DNA of 64,000 nt, taken from contig CM082591.2 of the NCBI GenBank assembly GCA_040954595.2, forward strand, positions 5,611,009 to 5,675,008, given 5' to 3'. The stretch comes from Balanoglossus misakiensis. Taxonomy: Eukaryota; Animalia; Hemichordata. Each line of letters starts with the position of its first letter. Position 1 is the first letter of the stretch. Under the pieces are notes generated by a model. The model was given only the letters and a program-made list of their open reading frames with translations, was not told where the DNA came from and ran no database searches. This document shows positions 12,094 to 26,140 of the stretch, one piece after another. The translations under genes were made by a program, and so were the position numbers.

Positions 12094-12355
12094 TGTATGT
12101 ATGTATGTTTGCATGTATGTATGTATGTATGTATGTATGTATGTATGTATGTATGTATGTATGTATGTATGTATGTATGTATGTATGTATGTATGTATGA
12201 ATGAATGAATGAATGAATGAATGAATGAGTGAATGAGTGAATGAATGAATGAATGAATGAATGAATGAATGAATGAATGAAAGAATGAATGAATGAATGA
12301 ATGAATGAATGAATGAATGAAAGAATGAATGAATGAATTAATGAATGAACGAACG
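11679..12355. repeat. Large compound (GAAT)n/(GT)n/(GTAT)n microsatellite with internal block duplication
   Basis: Directly visible; source of the HSFI/HTYI/MYVC ORFs. Confidence 0.97.
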
Positions 12356-12746
12356 CACAAACGAATTGACTTTAACGACTGAGGGTAATTATTGAAATTT
12401 TATTCACAGACGTGACTTTTAATACCACGAAAAAAGCTTATTACAACTCTGGGTCCCTTTGTATTCGACACAATATTGAATTGATGATTGAGTATGCGTT
12501 GGTACATGCTTGCTCCAGGCCACGACTTGAATGATGCAGCGTTTTCGCTGATAACACTAAACAATTTAGTCGTAAATTACCATGACAACAATCTCATCGA
12601 TCCTTTTCTGATGAGTCAGTCATCTCTGTCAAGTCATGCTTATTTGATGAGTCACTGATGACTATCGCCAAGGCATTCAATTTATCAAACATAAATAAAC
12701 AATGAACCCTAATCATTGACAGCAAAACCATGCCGTCAATCAGATA

Positions 12747-13156
12747 CCATGTTCACATTGGGTAAAACTAGAAAGTTTCAGAGACACTATTTTATGGGGG
12801 TCACACAGGCACCATTAAGACGGTTCTGAAGCGTCTCGGATTAGATACCGTCTTTAAAAATCGTGTGTGGACGGTGTAAGTGGTCCTGCAACGGCTCAGA
12901 TTTGAGCTGGTGTAAGGATTAACACCTCTCCACAACCCATTGTCTATTCTATGGAGCCGAGCCTCAGCGCCTATACATAAACGTGTGTGTGTGTGTGTGT
13001 GTGCGTGTGTGTCGACGCAAACGAATCAAATGATTAATGCTCTGTGTTAACCATAGGCAAATCGTGTCTCAAAATGTTCCCTGTCTGAACCTGGTAAGAG
13101 TCACTATTTGAGCTGAGACGTTCCAGAAACGTTTCAAAGGTCCCCGTTCGAACACA
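12747..13156. mobile_element. Harbinger-like MITE family C: a full reverse copy (12796-13094) inside a shorter forward relative
   Basis: 12796-13094 is homologous to the reverse complement of 62252-62557. Flanks 12747-12792 and 13098-13156 match the two ends of 38423-38874. Confidence 0.75.
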
Positions 13157-14204
13157 CAAATGTATAGGTAACATCCTCCTCATCAATAGCAATGCCTATA
13201 CTGACGTTTAATATGGCTAATTCCCCGGACAACGTTGGCAAACATTGGGCTTTCACACATGGTGGAGTAACTTTCATCATACTTAATCAATTATAGATAT
13301 TGCCTTTGACTAGCAAAGTTTAATTGAACTTTGAAATCGTTGCGTTGAAGATCAAGAGTCAAGTGATTTTTAAATACAGGTTAAGTCCTAGGCTACCTCG
13401 TACGTAAACTGCATATTTAATTGCTTTTGGTTGACTCCATACACGTGACAGTAAACCAATCAGCGACTTCCGATCTTTGTTAATCTGAATTGAGTCCACG
13501 ACATTGAATATTTTAATAACACATAAAAAGTCATAGTATGCGAGGCGTTGTGATAAAATCCTTGTTAAACTTTATCATACGTATTTCACCGGTTTATCGA
13601 CTATAACGATGCAAACATAAATCTTCCAAGCAACGCTTGATTAAAATGTTGTCGAAGATAGATTACGACATACGACCGTTCACGCTCTCATTAAAAGATA
13701 CAGTAGAACCGCTTGGCAGTTGTGTCTCCGGCCTACAAAGAGTATACAGTGATGAGTTGAGCACACTTGGGTGACATCAAACTTTTTTGTTTTGTCTGGT
13801 GTGCGTTTTAATACACTGTCATTATTTACGTACTGATAACAACGCAACAATAGGGCTGGTTGATTTAACATCCATCTATACAGACAGACAGACAGACACA
13901 AAGGCAGGCACGCAGACAGACAGGTAGATAGGCAGTATGGGGCAGAGGCAAGGGTATGTAACGTGACAAAAGAACTCTCTGCGACTTTGTGTCTTCCTGG
14001 GTGAAAAAAAATTGCTCGGGCACGTGCGTCAATGGTATAGATAAACAGATACACGTACCCTGTGTAATATATCATATAGGGCTAAGAACCCTTGGTGTCG
14101 TACAACAGGTTACCATTAGAAATTCTATGTTTGTCTGTCAATGTAAATACTTCCATGGCCAAAACTGGCACTGTTTCATGATTATTAATGAGTGAGGGTA
14201 AACT

Positions 14205-14275
14205 CCATCCATCCATCCATCCATTCATCCATCCATTCATCCATCCTCCCGTCCGTCCATCCATCCATCCATCAC
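14205..14275. repeat. (CCAT)n microsatellite
   Basis: Directly visible. Confidence 0.9.
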
Positions 14276-14886
14276 CCTCCCACACCCAAAGACACCCATC
14301 CACCCACCAAAACCCGTCAATCCATTCAACCATTATTTTCTCGGCTCCTGGACACTAGGTGGAGAAACTATCTAACTTGTTTGTAACAGCCAGGGAAGTA
14401 TCCCTACTCAGCGAATATTGATAATTCCTTGTTTTTTTCAAGAGGTAATCATTATCGTCACCATCAGCCCACGCCTAAAGTACAGCTCAGAATTGCTTGG
14501 TCGAGGAGTTACGCCTCTGTTGACATCATTACTCTAAATTTGTATGGATTTCTTCTTATATAAAAAAGATGGAATATGATCCCCATATCACGACCGATTC
14601 ATGGTTAGTTGTACTGCTAGTCATATTTGTCTGCATTATGAAGTAAAATGCGTCATTTTCCTTAAATGAGCCGTGTATTTAGTAAAGTCTCGAATTTCCC
14701 TAGAGTGGGTAGAACAAAAATGTCAGCGGGCCGGAACCTCTGAGACTTTTGAGTCACAGGAAGAATAGTCTGCGAAAGCATTGTCTCATTCCTACAACAA
14801 TAACATCTAAAGGCAATGTATTTGCTTTCCTACGAAATGCACCTATAGTTGCACAAATCCCGTGCAACAGAAGATTATCATGATAA

Positions 14887-15176
14887 AGGGACAAAGTCTC
14901 TCTCTCGTTGCACTTTTTCCATTAATTACGTTTGATACAAGACACCATTTACGTTATTATACATGTGGATATAGAGCTAGTGAATCACCATTCAATCACA
15001 CACAACTTCCATCCCGTTTGTATGATATGAGAGTAAAAACTCACCCAAAATGATTAAATGGTAAACACCGATTATTCATTTTGGCCAGTTTTTCACTCTC
15101 GTGTCTACAAGTGGGATGGAAGGTGTGTGTGGTTGAACGTTCATTCACTATATATCCACTTGTACATTAACATAAA
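14887..15176. mobile_element. MITE family A, right end truncated
   Basis: Starts agggacaaagtctctctc; aligns with family A, with the central spacer in the opposite orientation to the 1658 copy. Confidence 0.9.
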
Positions 15177-17363
15177 GAAAACAAAATGCAAAAAAATACA
15201 GCTACATGTGTAGGCCTACTAGGGGTTTAAGTTCTGCGTTGGTGAGCACTGTTAATTACTCAAGCGGCTTGGTTAATTATAACTCGTCATTGATTTTGAC
15301 ACTCGATAAAATACCCCTTAACAAAAGTGGCTATATGCGGAAAAGCATGATCGATCAAACATGTCGCTGATGGTCGCGTCCAATCATGTTCACGCATAAT
15401 ATTCATAATATGAATAGTGTAAAATTTCACATTTATACAAATGTCTTTCATTGAATTCTTCCACTCATGAAAATTAAATTTAGCTTCGTCAATGCATTCA
15501 ATATATTGTACAAAAAGACCAGCTATTTTAATCCACAAATTATTGATATATGAAAACCTCAATATTTCATATTAATAAAATTCATTCATGTTCTTAGAAT
15601 AGGAAATGTATAGCGAACTTAATTGGAGTGTATAATATGCAATACATTTGATATAGTTCTGTGGCAGATACGTTGATAGTAAGATATAGCATTAACTTGA
15701 TGTCAATATTACAGTATTCCTTATACCTTTCTCGGCGTCTGTTTTGACGGTCATATTTCCATAGCAACAGTTACCATAAATTATGCCGTTGATACCTAAA
15801 TTTCGCAATACTGGTAAAATATGTGACGTTTGTCCAACGTTCTAATGACGATACTGCTAATTAGACTTTTTTGCTGGCATAATCCAAACATTGACGAATA
15901 ATACAACCATATTCATGGCCTCGCTGTGACTGTACAGTCGTGCGGCGTGTGAAACTTAAACAAAACTATCACGAATTATTATTATTATCACGAGGTAGGC
16001 GACTTTTGGGGGATTTTTCCCCTCTGGAGGTAAACTTGAGATCGGTGATTTAGGTAACCGTATGTAGACCAAAGCTGAGGATGATTGGTGATAGAAAAGA
16101 TTTTCCCAATCCATTACTAGTGTTGCTTCGTGATCTGCGCATCATTTTTTCGAGTTCAATCTGTTGCAATCTTCGAGAGGCGTTTCTAAGCCAGGAAAAT
16201 AGGACATGTTCCTTGATTTGCAGCACGCAACCGTTGCCATTGACAATCATCGGTTTCTTGGCAACGACCAATTTAAGTCAGTCTAAGAATACAATGTCTG
16301 GACCAGGGTAATAAAGAACACGTTAAGACACGTTAAGACAATGCTGCATGGTGATCCTAAGCCTCAGTGTTATTGTGGATATCGAATGACCAATCGGGAC
16401 AATACAGTACAACAGAAAAGAATGCAAACTATATCCGTTGTCATGGTAATTGCCTCATTAAAGTTAACAATCTTATTAAGCTGTTTTGATCACCAAATTC
16501 GCTAAATGGAAATTTACGTTTGTCTGGCAGTACCGAAAAACCTTTTCTACGAGTTATCAGGAAATGGTTCGTTCAGCAGGTTAACATCGTCTGATTTTTT
16601 TTTTAAATATGGAAGTACATTTATAACCTACTCCGCTGTTGCAGTCAGATGGTAGCTTTGATTTATTTACATGTTTTTTTTTCTTTTCAAGTAACTTTAA
16701 ACCTTGCTTACAGTTTATTCCTGGTATAGCAAAACTCTACCAACTGTTGCCGTCTCGTTGCATGAAGTATCCCATATCAATGAACGAAAACATCTAATCC
16801 TGTTTACTGCATGCTGGTTTGTATATCCCAAACCATGGAACACTGGTAACAGATGACCCAAATCTTTGCATTCATGGGACTTTGCTGAAATATAATAATC
16901 CCGTTTTCCCATCTATAATACATGTAGGAATAATCCATGATCATGGAATAATAACAGCATGGGGACAGGGGACCGGGAATACAAAGAAAAATCAAATCCG
17001 ATCCGATCAGAAACAGGGATGGATTGTAAGAGTCTGGAACACTACCGGTTTTAATCAAAATTTCATCATCACCCCTTGGGGTCTACAAGTTTGACAACAG
17101 TTCAGAAGTTGGAACTTATCTACCAGCGCAGTGTAGGCCTATGTACTGCTTTGCCGATAGATGGAGCAACCAGCTTTTCATCTCATCATTTTTTGCCGAC
17201 GTCAAATCCATTCTTAACTTCTCAGTTTCTTTTCTTCGCGTTTCTGTGACGTCAAACTTTTAAGCTCACAATTGTCATGTTTTGAGATTGTTTATTTCGA
17301 CGCTGTCTACAGCCGGTGTCCCTCGTTTTCCTGTCGTCGAAGATAATACTGTACAGCTATTAA

Positions 17364-17861
17364 ATGCACGTAAGCTGCAACTGGATAAAAAATTAAAGTT
17401 TTAAATAATCTCATATATGCTTTTTATTATGTCTATTAAATGCTATTTCATGATAATATATCAAGCTCAACACTTATTTATGACAAAATGGCCAGAAATT
17501 AAAGAAAAACGAAAATTCCTGTAATTTTAAAAAAAGTGCAATATTGCAGTGAAAAATGAAAATCTGATGTCTCAGTGGTGTACTTCCATGAGCTCAAGTG
17601 GATGAGATCATGTTTTGTTTATGAAGTTTCATAACCGGAAATGCAACATATTCATTGTTTCTTGCATTTTCCCACGGTGGCGGCCATAATCGCTTGCGGC
17701 AAAGCTTTATTATTTATCTGGTTAAAACTTGCATATGCACTCATATTTAGGGTTTATTATGCTTGTGTATAGTTCACTGCCTTCATCTGCATGGACTAGT
17801 GGTAGTGCAGTTTGAAACAAAAATTATGAAAATTATCCCAAAAGTTACAGCTTACGTGCCT
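17364..17861. mobile_element. ~500-bp TTAA non-autonomous DNA transposon (Kolobok-type)
   Basis: TTAA-a(t)gcacgtaagctgcaact ... agttacagcttacgtgcct-TTAA. Confidence 0.8.
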
Positions 17862-18730
17862 TTAACATTTCAATGGAAATATTGTTGATAGTTTCGTTTT
17901 ACTGATTCAACCATATCACAAGCTTATTTACCGGAGTCAACTCTGACGCAGATGCAGAAAGTATCAGAAAACCAAATCAGGAAAACCCTAATTCAACATG
18001 TCAGCTTAGCTAAAGGCAGAACGTACCCAGACAACAACGAACTTGATAACCGAAGTTATTTCTGGTATCTCAACGTTATGATCAGAATGACCCGAAACAG
18101 TGGTTTTATCGCGGCACTGAGATCACGCGTTGCGTTGTGTATAGTCATTTTTCCGTTTACATCTCTGATCAACAATGAATTGTAGTCGGTCAGAAATAAC
18201 ATGAGCGATTGGTGTGAGGCATGGCAGTGGAAAGTGAATGGCAATCATGTAGATCATCTGCAACGTTACGAGAATAAATATGCCTGTGTTTATTAGAGAC
18301 GCACAGTATAGTGACTTCAAGTGAAGGGGTCGACCCCTTGCAATCAAATAAACGTATTGACTTAATAAAGCACCAGTTTGATTTTTTAATCGAATAAATG
18401 GCATACCATAAAAAGAAAAGAAAAGTAACATACTGAAGTGTAACATAAAGTTTAAAGTTCTGGCAATGAAAACGGCGGGATTGTCTCAAGACAACGAGGT
18501 TTGGGACTTTCTCTGTAAACAGCATTACATCCTCTATACAGCACGCCAGTTTGTGAAGCCACGCATTCTTTGTAATTATATTAGCTGCAGTTTAGTTTGC
18601 CTGGATTTGATTTTTATGGTTTTTTTACGTGCTGTGTCCAGCTGAGTTTGTGCTGACCACTTGATGGACCTTTGACAACCACGTTCCAAAATCCCGGCTG
18701 CAGAGATCTTTTTGTCGCATTCACTATTAA

Positions 18731-19066
18731 AGGGACAAAGTCCCTCTCTCTCTCTCGCTGCCCTTTTTTTCCATTAACTATGTTTGACACAAGACACTGT
18801 TTTTGTTATTCTACATGTGGATATATAGCGAATTAACATTCGACCACACACAACTTCCATCCAACATTATAGACACGGGAGGGGAAAAACTCGCCAAAAT
18901 GAATAATCGGTCTTTACCATTTATTCATTTTGGCGAGATTTTTATGCTCTCATATCCTACAAACTGGATAGAAGTTGTGTGTGATCGAACGTCGACTCAC
19001 TATACATCCACATTTAGAATAACATAAATTAATGGAAAAGGGGCAGCGAGAGAGATACTTTGTCCC
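18731..19066. mobile_element. MITE family A, full length
   Basis: TTAA-agggacaaag...ctttgtccc-TTAA. Confidence 0.92.
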
Positions 19067-19694
19067 TTAATAATAGTATTATGATGACCGAGTCTTATTT
19101 TCCGACATGCTATTGTCATCGTTTTGAGGTTTAAACATTTTTTTTCGACGGATTTTCTTTCCCCGAGAAATAATATCCCACGCTGTGCATTGAATGTACT
19201 TCTGATCCAAAGTCACCTTCTGCACATTTCGTGATTCCTCCGAGATAGATTAGCCGACGCGCCTTTTCATAACATGCAGCGTTTATAAATAATATATAGG
19301 GTTTTACTTGCCTTTTTGGACATTAAACAAGTATGTGTGTGACAAGAGTAGCGCCAAAGTACAATGCCCGGGCGAGTTTCCATCGCTTGACTCGTTAAAT
19401 GACTTTCTACATTTCTCCGTTGCCAGAGTATGAAGCCACATTCGGAACATTTAGCACCTATCGCCGTGTCGTGTTCAGACAATCAATTGTTTTGTTAGGA
19501 TGACGAAAGTGATTCTGTGAAAACGTAGATTTTCTTTGAAGGGACATCTGAGTGACATTCACAGTCACATGGCCGCGTTACAAGCCATGTTTTAGCGTCA
19601 ATAATTAACAGCATCCTTCAGGGCTATGATAAGTACAACAAAAACCATGCATGTCTTTGATGTATTTATCGAGCAAGCAGAGAACAATGTTTAA

Positions 19695-20038
19695 AGGGAC
19701 AAAGTCTCTCTCGCTGCCCTTATTCTATTAATTATGTTTGATACAAGATACCGTTTACTTTATTCTACATGTGGATATATAGTGAATCAACGTTCGACCA
19801 CACACACCTCCCATCCAACTTCTAGACACAAGAGTGAAAAACTCGCCAAAATGAATAATCGGTGTTTACCATTTATTCATTTGGCGAGATTTTTACTCTC
19901 ATATCCTACAAACTGGATGGAAGTTGTGTGTGGTCGAACGTTGATTCACTATATATCCACATCTTGAATAACATAAACGGTGCCTTGTATCAAATATAAT
20001 TAATGGAAAAAGGGTAGCGAGAGAGAAACTTTGTCCCT
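19695..20038. mobile_element. MITE family A, full length
   Basis: TTAA (19691) agggacaaag...ctttgtccct TTAA (20039). Confidence 0.93.
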
Positions 20039-20654
20039 TTAATATTGAGTGCAAGATGCAACTTATCATATCATGACCGGAGCAACCAACTTTAAAGAAT
20101 GTTTCTGTTGTCTACTTGACACGGAACCCATACAATGTCTACTTTCTTGGTAAGCCTTGACTATAAAGGTCAGATGACAAGAACTTCAGAAATCCTGTAT
20201 TATATCGAATTCCTGGAAGAACGCTATAGAATAACCTGTTGATATTAGAACCTTCGGGCGTTTTTGCACCCGTGCTAAAATGCGTTTTGAGTTGTCGGCG
20301 TTTAACTTTTCTTGACTAAGACTTAGTCAACAATAACTACATGTGTATCATGGAGATCGGAGACACATTTTGAAGCAAAATTACTGGAACATTGATTTTG
20401 AAGTGCACATGAAAAATATATTTTACATGGTATATACATTGTTCATCTGGTGATGTTTACGACAAAAATGATCGGCTTAGGTATATGGTAAGAGTGTGGT
20501 GTTGGGTCTGTAGGTATGTAGGTAGTTGGTACATATGATCCGTCTGCTTTCTCAATAATAGTCATATACGTTTTTGTGTTCAGTATCAATCAACCAATCG
20601 ATCGATCAATCAATTAATAAATCAATCACACAAACAAACAATAAAAATAAACAT

Positions 20655-20755
20655 ATGAATGAATGAATGAATGAATGAATGAATGAATGAATGAATGAAT
20701 GAATGAATGAATGAATGAATGAATGAATGAATGAATGAATGAATGAATGAATGAA
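20655..20755. repeat. (GAAT)n microsatellite
   Basis: Directly visible. Confidence 0.97.
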
Positions 20756-22099
20756 GTCTAATAGCGTTAGAGTGGCTACAGGTTGCATCATCGACCATGT
20801 CGCAATTATCAAGCATGCAGCTATCATCCAATGCAAGGAATGGTGGAAAGGGTGGAAGATATATCTTGCAACTACTTTAGTTCTGCTACTTGCTAAGGCT
20901 ATAAGCGAACATATAATGATATATGATAATTGAAGATAAAGCAGGAAGTGAATGTATGTCGCCACCAATTATAGTTTATCTCATGGAACATCGGTGTAAG
21001 ACCGTTAGCACGACTACAACATGAGGCGATTAACACAATGCTCTAGAAAATGTAATATTGCAATCGCATAAGGGGCGGCCAAATGCATGATATTGTCTTT
21101 ATTGAGGAGATAAACGCGATTTCATGTATAAATGTGCGATGATGATAAATATGTGTGAGTGTGGAGAATTTACTTTGATGATAATGAAACCGTTTAAGCA
21201 AAGCTCATACGTAGGACTCTAGAATCTTGCAGCGGGCTTACAAAATTAGAGAAATATGTCTTTGCAAATTTCCTTCGTAGTAATGACGTTACTAGGTGAC
21301 TGGATTAAAATGAACATGGTGTACATGGGTAATGACGTGTATTACGATATGACTGATCGGTCGCACACCAATTGACAAAATTCTATAAAGGCCTTTCATT
21401 GCTGAGAATAATCGCGTCGGCCATCGTGACATGTATCGTTTTGAATAATGACGTTTAAAACGCATAGCTGAATTGCAATGTACTATATGTCTATCGAATT
21501 GATGTAAATGTGACGTAGCTAAGAACAATATAATATATTCATGAAATCACCACTTATTATAGTATACACATCAAAGTTAATATAATCAAAGATATTAGAT
21601 AGCGATGACAGAATATAAGTTTCAATAAATTATTATCACGTGTTGCATTATATGAAACTTCATGCATTTTATTTAAAATTTTAGAATATATTAATTTGTC
21701 CCTTTTTTCTATATTGAGCCTATACTATATGTGGCACATTTCCTCGATAGGTTGTGCTATGGATAACGATACCACCTCCCAACATGGTTAAAACTTCACT
21801 ATCAGATAATATCTCGATACGGCATTGGTTGAAACTGACAGCTACCTGTAAAAACAGAATGGAATCTATTCATCTCTGTCGTATAACCGGCGCTGTTGTC
21901 ACGTTCTTTGCTAGTGTCATTGCCTGTGTAACCCCCAATGAATCTTCAAAATATATTGCATTTCTGAATACATAGAGTACGCCTTGCATACAGTAGATAC
22001 AGACCGCTCATATTCTAGCCGGTTTGTATGCTGTCTGTTACCGCCATTTCATTATTAATGAATATGTACTCATTTTATCGGCTGTTAGGTTTCTAAGTG

Positions 22100-23340
22100 T
22101 GCTGGTGTTTAACGGCCGTTCTGTTACCCAGGGTCGATTAGCAACGCGCTACGTCACCAGAAAGCTAACAAGCCAGGCTCTGCCTTCCTTTTCGTCCTGA
22201 TTGATGTCGCTTCGCGTGTCTGTCACGTGACTGGTGTTGTGGCGACAGAAATGTGTCTTATTCGTATCCAGCCTCTCCGCGATCACTTCACGCTGTAAGT
22301 CCGTACACCGGGACGTGCTAAACTCAGCTCCTGCCAACTCAAACGTTCGTATACCTCTCGAGCGCAAGGTAAGTGGACGGCCATTATTACATCATCGGAT
22401 TATAACGCCGATCGCTTCCCCAGCGTTCCCCATCGCCGGCCTATCTTTTCAAGCTTTTGCTGCAAGTAGAGCTGTTTTCGGGCAAATCTATCTTGCAATG
22501 CATTTTTCTCTCGGAGAGATGAACACTTTGCATTGCGCAAAATCTGAACGTAGACTTCCATCCACAGGATGTCATGAACTACGGTCACGATTTCTTACTT
22601 TTGAAAATCAAATCGGATCTCGCTTTGCATGATCCGCGCCGACTTTTACATTTATTTGGCGCAGCAAGTATTTGAATGAGCCTATTTTGGGAGCTTTCCC
22701 TTCAATACAGGCCGACTCACGCAGGTGTGAATCAATCAACCAACCACATTCCTGAAATAAGTGTACGTCTGATGAAAGACGCAGACAGCATATAGTGTTT
22801 GACTTCTGTAACATTTTTTTGGCGATGGGTCACTCGTTTGCTGTTTATTGGGCCACAAAAGTGAGCAAGAATTCTGACGAACACTTTGCGTGATAATAAT
22901 TTTACATTAACGATTTCCGAACCCCCCGGTTACTGAAGTTCTCGAAGGCAACTGAACCCCGCCGGACCGTTGCGGGTTGTGCGAATTCTGCCGAAGTGAG
23001 CGGGGCGTCTGAAATACGAGATGACAGAGAAAGGCAAAATTTTCTAGTTGTAAGCCCCACTCGACTTGGCGCTGGTTATTTTTTCTTCTTCAAAAATCGA
23101 TGTATTCAAAAGAACCCATCCCCGTAGCCGTGTAAATTACCAGCGCAATTTGCGACGACGACAATACCTGGATGGCTATTAGGAGAGCCATCGACATCCA
23201 ATACAACGAATAGATACACTTTCAAAGCCTCCAGCGATGCTTACCATCGAGATCAGCTTTGTATTTCATAGCTTCATCCGTTATTCGCGAAGAGAGCATG
23301 TTACTTCGCGTCTTCACAATGGAGTTTATTTTCGCCGTCA
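22100..23340 (+). promoter_or_regulatory. CpG-rich promoter-like region with a probable non-coding first exon ending at 22368
   Basis: Local CpG/GC enrichment over the flanks; half-CRE tacgtca (~22150); palindromic E-box GTCACGTGAC (22222-22231); consensus donor AAG/GTAAGT at 22366-22374; no credible ORF. Confidence 0.45.
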
Positions 23341-23514
23341 GATCCACACACTGCAGTGGGTTTCTGAGTGTAAGTCAAATCGAGGCCCACAAGTAATCGA
23401 CAGGTAACAAAAGCCGCACCGATGTGTGACTGTCCTTTGTAAGATGTTTAAGAAACAAAAAGATGTACATTTTATGAGTGTTCTTTCTTGAGTGTGTGAT
23501 GTATGTCTTTGTTT

Positions 23515-23830
23515 ACGTCTGTCTGTCTGTCTGTCTGTCTGTCTGTATGTATGTATGTATGTATGTCTGTATGTATGTATGTATGTATGTATGTATGTAT
23601 GTATGTATGTATGTATGTATGTATGTATGTATGTATGTATGTATGTATGTATGTATGTATGTATGTATGTATGTATGTATGTATGTATGTATGTATGTAT
23701 GTATGTATGTATGTATGTATGTATGTATGTATGTATGTATGTATGTATGTATGTATGTATGTATGAATGTATGTATGTATGTATGTATGTATGTATGTAT
23801 GTATGAATGTATGTATGTTTGTCTGTCTGC
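23515..23830. repeat. (GTCT)n(GTAT)n microsatellite
   Basis: Directly visible. Confidence 0.97.
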
Positions 23831-24599
23831 CGCGTGATCTCAACTGAAAATTGGTCTGGCTCTGATCCTTTATTAAATGTGGACTGCACCTGAATTCATT
23901 GCTATTTTGAAGTTTGTGTAGGATCACTCAGCGTGCGGTTGTTTATCTCCATCTCAAAAAGACAGAAAAGCTAACAGATCTTGGTCGCCATTTTGATTTT
24001 CAATTATTAGTAATTGGAAGTAAGTGTGCTCAGGTTTGCATGGTAAAGCCCGATATAGCTTTCTGAAATATTTAATAGCAATAAACAATGTTGTCAGAAG
24101 AACCTCATCCAATTTGCGTTGTGTGGACTAATATAAAGTAGTGCCTTCTGAAACACTACAGAGTTGCCGCCAATATAGCTATAAAATTTATGAAATATGA
24201 CTTCCAATAGAAAGTGTGTACGTGGGATGGCATTATATTCGACAAAGCCCTTTTACTAACTAGACCAAACACCACCGTTATATATTCTGTGCTATGCATT
24301 CCTGATCAGCTTCCAACTTAAAGACTTTTCAAAATCCGCAACGTGTCCATAATCCGGGGAAGACGTTTATAATACAAAGTAATCAAGGGATCGGAAGAGA
24401 AAAAGAACCCCCCTGTGTTAGCACAGCATTTTATATGTTTCATTGGCATCGTTTGAGGGTGTGTACAAGATTTTTTCTTCCCGCCAGAGTGCTGTTTGAG
24501 CATATCCTTCACAACAATCCACTGAGAAGTGCGCATGCGTTCATATCGCATTTCTCCAGAACCGTGACACAGTATACAGTGACAGTCGAAAAGCAAACA

Positions 24600-24900
24600 T
24601 TACCTCCGTACACTCTTCTCGTAATCACTGTTGTATATTGTATCTCTTGCAAATTGAAGATTGTAAGCATTTTCTTTTTGATTGTAAAAATGTAACACAT
24701 TTCTGGGCCACTGTTACTCGAGCCCTTAATAGATCATACAACACGTACTCAGTTCAGCTTATCTTGGAAGCATGTAATCTATGGTTACTATCTAGAGCTA
24801 CCCAAGTTCGAACCTTTGAACCTAATCATAATGTTAAGCACCTTTGCGGTATACAAAGCAAGGATACTAAAACAGCAAAATGTGAGGAAATTCCTTACTG
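24600..24900 (+). mobile_element. Decayed 3' end of an L1/Tx1-clade LINE ORF2 (CCHC zinc-knuckle region)
   Basis: With frameshifts it reads C-VY-C...IEDCKHFLFDCKNVTHFW...LSWKHVIYGYYLELPKFEPLNLIIMLSTFAVYKAR, fitting the zf-RVT pattern CxxC-EDxxHxxxxC-xxxxxFW and the downstream IxG...N...YK motif. Confidence 0.75.
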
Positions 24901-26140
24901 AAGAGCTGTATTATATAAACTATGTAAAAAACGATAGAACTATTGTAAATTTCATGAAGTATGTGTAACATATAGCCTGTATACTCTGCAATTGCTGAAT
25001 TATAGATTTAAAAAAAATCTCTTGCAAATTCCATTTAATGTTAAATTTTCATATTTTTCATATATGCACTTTTCTGTCAGCTCAAATTTCTGCAGCGTTC
25101 TTCAAAACAGTGATTTGACAGCCGTGCATCTGATACCACCCCCTGACGGGAAGACGAGTAAAGAGCGCAGATTTTTACATTCGCTCTAGAATTGTCATTT
25201 TTCACTGTCAGTACTTTTGAAGATTAAGACCCCAAGGTGTGTAATCATGGGTCGCTTCGTGATCTTGACCGATCTCATCGATAAGACATAAAATAGCCAA
25301 ATGCAGGGTGCCTAACGCGGGAAAGTTAATAACCCGTTGAAGATCATGCCGCAGGATATAGTTACAAAACGAATGCAGGATCGTAAAATCACTTAGGACA
25401 AATATTTCAACCCAGCTTTTCTGTCTTGTCTCAAAAGCACAGAATGCATATTATATTATGTTTAAGATGCCAGTGCCACGCCCTTGATTTCCAATCGAAA
25501 TCTCTGTTCTAGGAGCATTTTCAAACATTGCATACTGTATCCGTGAAAAAAAGTGTGGAAAATCACACGCCAACCTACCCTTGTTTTCATCAGATTTTTC
25601 ATTGTTGACGATTTACCACCCGAAAGACCATAAAAAGGAACAATTTGCATGAAAAGGGGGTTTTCAGACTTTTTTTGGTAAATATGCACGCAAACCTCGA
25701 AAGCTTCCTTATAACAATGTTAATGCATGTAGCCATGCACAAAATTAATTTTGAGAATACGCTTGGCTATCTGAGATGTTCAACGATTTCCACGTGTAGA
25801 AGACAATTTCTACCGTTATTAGTGCAGTACATCATTGCCGTTTCGCATGTTGTTTTCCAATTTCTTCCACTTGTTACATATGGCGAACGGACAGTGTTTT
25901 CCCATAGAATTTACAGTAACACAGTTGCTAATTTGCATAATAATAGATGTGACTGTTATGTTAATAAAATTAAATCGCTTAGCCATGATGAGTGATATAA
26001 TTGCTCTGAGGGAGCACACAGACAAATGAAATAACCATCAGAATTCGAAATGCAAAGTACACATCCTGAAGCATTCCGAGTCATTTTAAATGAATTCCAT
26101 GCATCAAAATTAATCACTCTTGTTTAGCTATCGCCTTTAA

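Noticed and set aside
11677-12360. Long ORFs of HSFI/HTYI/MYVC/YLSI repeats here and at 7.7, 20.6, 23.4, 40.1, 53.4, 56.1 and 58.9 kb
   Set aside because: Translations of tetranucleotide microsatellites that lack stop codons.
21984-22040. Hairpin atacagaccg...cggtttgtat as a pre-miRNA
   Set aside because: Stem is short and no known seed family was recognised.
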